Part shown: positions 61,965 through 64,000 of the stretch, piece by piece | Numbering within the stretch: position 1 is the stretch's first letter | Layout of the letters: every line of letters starts with the position of its first letter | Source: Malacoraja senta | Lineage: Eukaryota | Direction: 5' to 3' | Assembly: GCA_038087875.1 (NCBI GenBank) | Contig: CM075994.1 | Location: forward strand, 10,046,001 to 10,110,000 | Length of the DNA stretch: 64,000 bases | Program-made: the position numbers and the translations under genes | Notes under the pieces: generated by a model | What the model was told of the DNA's origin: nothing | What the model saw: only the letters and a program-made list of their open reading frames with translations | Database searches by the model: none

Positions 61965-61996
61965 GTGACGTTTCGGGTCGAGACCCTTCTTCAGAC
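61965..61996 (-). ncRNA. Minimal type I hammerhead-ribozyme-like motif
   Basis: Minus strand gt-CTGAAGA-a-GGGT-ctcg-ACCC-GAAA-CG-TC-ac. Confidence 0.65.
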
Positions 61997-62474
61997 TCTT
62001 TACTGGAATTTATCTTGCATTAAACGTTATTCCCTGTATCTGTTTGAGCCATGTGGACAGCTTGACCCTTATTCAGACTGGGAATCGGTGGGAGAGGGAA
62101 ACTAGAGTTGTGAGAAGGTGCAAAGAACAAATGAATGACATGTGTGAAAAGACCAAATCAATAAACAATAGACAATAGGCTTCTTCTTCTTGCTTATAGT
62201 GTGCACAGCCTAAAGTTATAGGACAACTTGTGGACAAGTTGTGGACAATCAGCCGTGATCACATTGAATGGCGGTGCTAGCTCGAAGGGCCGAATGTCCT
62301 AGTCCTGCATAAAAAAATCAAAGTCAGCAACGACGATCAAGGAAAGGTGGATCCCACAATGGTCCATTGTTGGCGGTGGAAAAGATGACAACTATCTTTA
62401 ACTGGACTTAAGATAGACACAAAAAGCTGGAGTAATTCAGCGGGACAGGCAGCATCTCTGGAGAGATGGAATGG

Positions 62475-62506
62475 GTGACGTTTCGGGTCGAGACCCTTCT
62501 TCAGAC
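62475..62506 (-). ncRNA. Minimal type I hammerhead-ribozyme-like motif
   Basis: Identical core to 61965-61996. Confidence 0.65.
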
Positions 62507-62914
62507 TCTTTACTGGAATTGATCTTGCGTTAAACGTTATTCCCTTTATCTGTTTGAGCCATGTGGACAGCTTGATTCTACAGTCTTTTCATTGACTGGG
62601 TAGCACGCAACAAATTGTTTTCCACTATATCTCGGTATAGGTGGCAATAGGTAAATTAAACTAAACTAAGGTGCAAAAAAATTGAGTACATGTGTAGCAA
62701 ATGGTCGCTATAGTTAGCGGCACGAGTTTCTGCCTTGCAGCGTCAGACCCGGGTTCGATCCTAACTATGGGTGCTTGTCTGTACGGACTTTGTATGTTCT
62801 CACTGTCATCTGCTTGGCTTTCTCCGGGAGCTCCTGTTTCCTCCCACATTCCAAAGATGTACAGGTGTGCCGGCAAAATTAAAAATTAAAAATGACCCTA
62901 GTGGGTAGGTAGGA

Positions 62915-63383
62915 TGACAAAAATGCTGGAGAAACTCAGCGGGTGAGGCAGCATCTATGGAGCGAAGGAATAGGTGACGTTTCGGGTCGAGACCCTTCTT
63001 CAGACTGACGTGGGGGTGGGAGGGGCGGGAATAAGAACGGAAGAGGCGGAGACTGTGGGCTGTGGGAGAACTGGGAATGGGAGTGGAAGGAGGGAGAAAG
63101 CAAGGACTACCTGAAATTGGAGAAGTCAGTGTTCATACCGCTGGGGTGCAAACTACCCAAGCGAAATATGAGATGCTGCTCCTCCAATTTGCGGTGGAAC
63201 TCACTCTGGCCATGGAGGAGGCCCAGGACAGAAAGATCGGATACGGAATGGGAGGGGGGAATTGAAGTGCTGAGCCACCGGGAGATCAGGTTGGTTAATG
63301 CGGACTGTGCGGAGGTGTTGGGCGAAGCGATCGCTAAGCCTGCGCTTGGTCTCACCAATGTAGAGCAGCTGACACCTAGAGCA
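62915..63383 (-). mobile_element. Penelope-like 3' fragment
   Basis: GIY-YIG C-terminal peptide LEEQHLIFRLGSLHPSGMN followed by the hammerhead-containing end. Confidence 0.82.
62974..63005 (-). ncRNA. Minimal type I hammerhead-ribozyme-like motif in a Penelope terminal region
   Basis: Identical core, about 100 nt downstream of the Penelope ORF stop. Confidence 0.68.
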
Positions 63384-63862
63384 GTGGGTAGGGTGGTGCT
63401 AATGTGCGGGCACCTCTGGTCGGCGCGGACTCGATGGGCCGAAGTGCCTGTTTCCGCGCAGTATCAGCCATGATCACAATGAATGGCGGTGCTGGCTCGA
63501 AGGGCCGAATGGCCTCCTCCTGCACCTATTTTCTATGTTTCTATCTCTCAACTGAACTGAACGATATCGTTGAACATTGCTACAGAATTCCGCTGATTAT
63601 CATTAAGAAACTAAGCGCCGAGTATATTGAATTTTTTTTTAAAGGCCCGTTTAAAACAAGATGAGGCAAGGAAGAACGTTAACTTTGCAATCTCTGCATA
63701 ATATGGGGCAGACGAGAAACTCATTTACGATAGACCATTTGGTTACCTTTACAAGTCAAGCAGTTTCTGGCTGCAAAGTATAATCTGTCCAGTTAGCGAC
63801 TAAAATTCTGCTGTTGATTTCAGATAAAGGAAAGATTGGGGGAGAGGAGAGAGGGTGGGTGG

Positions 63863-64000
63863 TCAGTCAACCTCGTAAATTGTTGGCCCACTGAAAGAGT
63901 CTCCTTTTCCAGCCTGCGCCCCAAAACCAGACGGCATGTCTGCCCGTTGCGGCCCGAAGATGATGGGGTGACAGATGTTTTCCAGGTCTCGCTGCTGGGT
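63863..64000 (-). CDS. HSP70: 3' end of a second HSP70 paralog (runs off the window), ending GPTIYEVD
   Basis: TQQRDLENICHPIIFGPQRADMPSGFGAQAGKGDSFSGPTIYEVD-stop aligns with the C-terminus of the HSP70 at 56207-58126. Confidence 0.88.
   Translation of the reverse strand, partial: TQQRDLENICHPIIFGPQRADMPSGFGAQAGKGDSFSGPTIYEVD

Overview
Repeat-rich vertebrate genomic DNA, most likely from a cartilaginous fish (inferred from CR1/HER1-type LINEs, HE1/V-SINE-like elements and Penelope-derived repeats), with two 200-N scaffold gaps. Host genes: two solitary, divergent, intronless H2B genes, each with an octamer promoter and a 3' stem-loop; the first coding exon of VARS1, carrying a 1-bp frameshift; an intact intronless HSP70 whose promoter has five perfect CRE palindromes and no visible HSE; and the 3' end of a second HSP70 ending in GPTIYEVD instead of [12 protein letters not shown]1 plus tandem HSP70 recalls MHC class III linkage. 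Signals not evident from the ORF track: a ZFP36/tristetraprolin pseudogene split by two retroelement insertions, about 15 minimal hammerhead-ribozyme-like motifs tied to Penelope ends and to short insertions with their own target-site duplications (TSDs), 31-34 bp micro-MITEs, an orphan histone-type promoter, and a 17-kb microsatellite field holding three full-length Tc1 elements, an end-to-end L1 and two Rex1-like copies. Coordinates were read by eye and TE boundaries are approximate.
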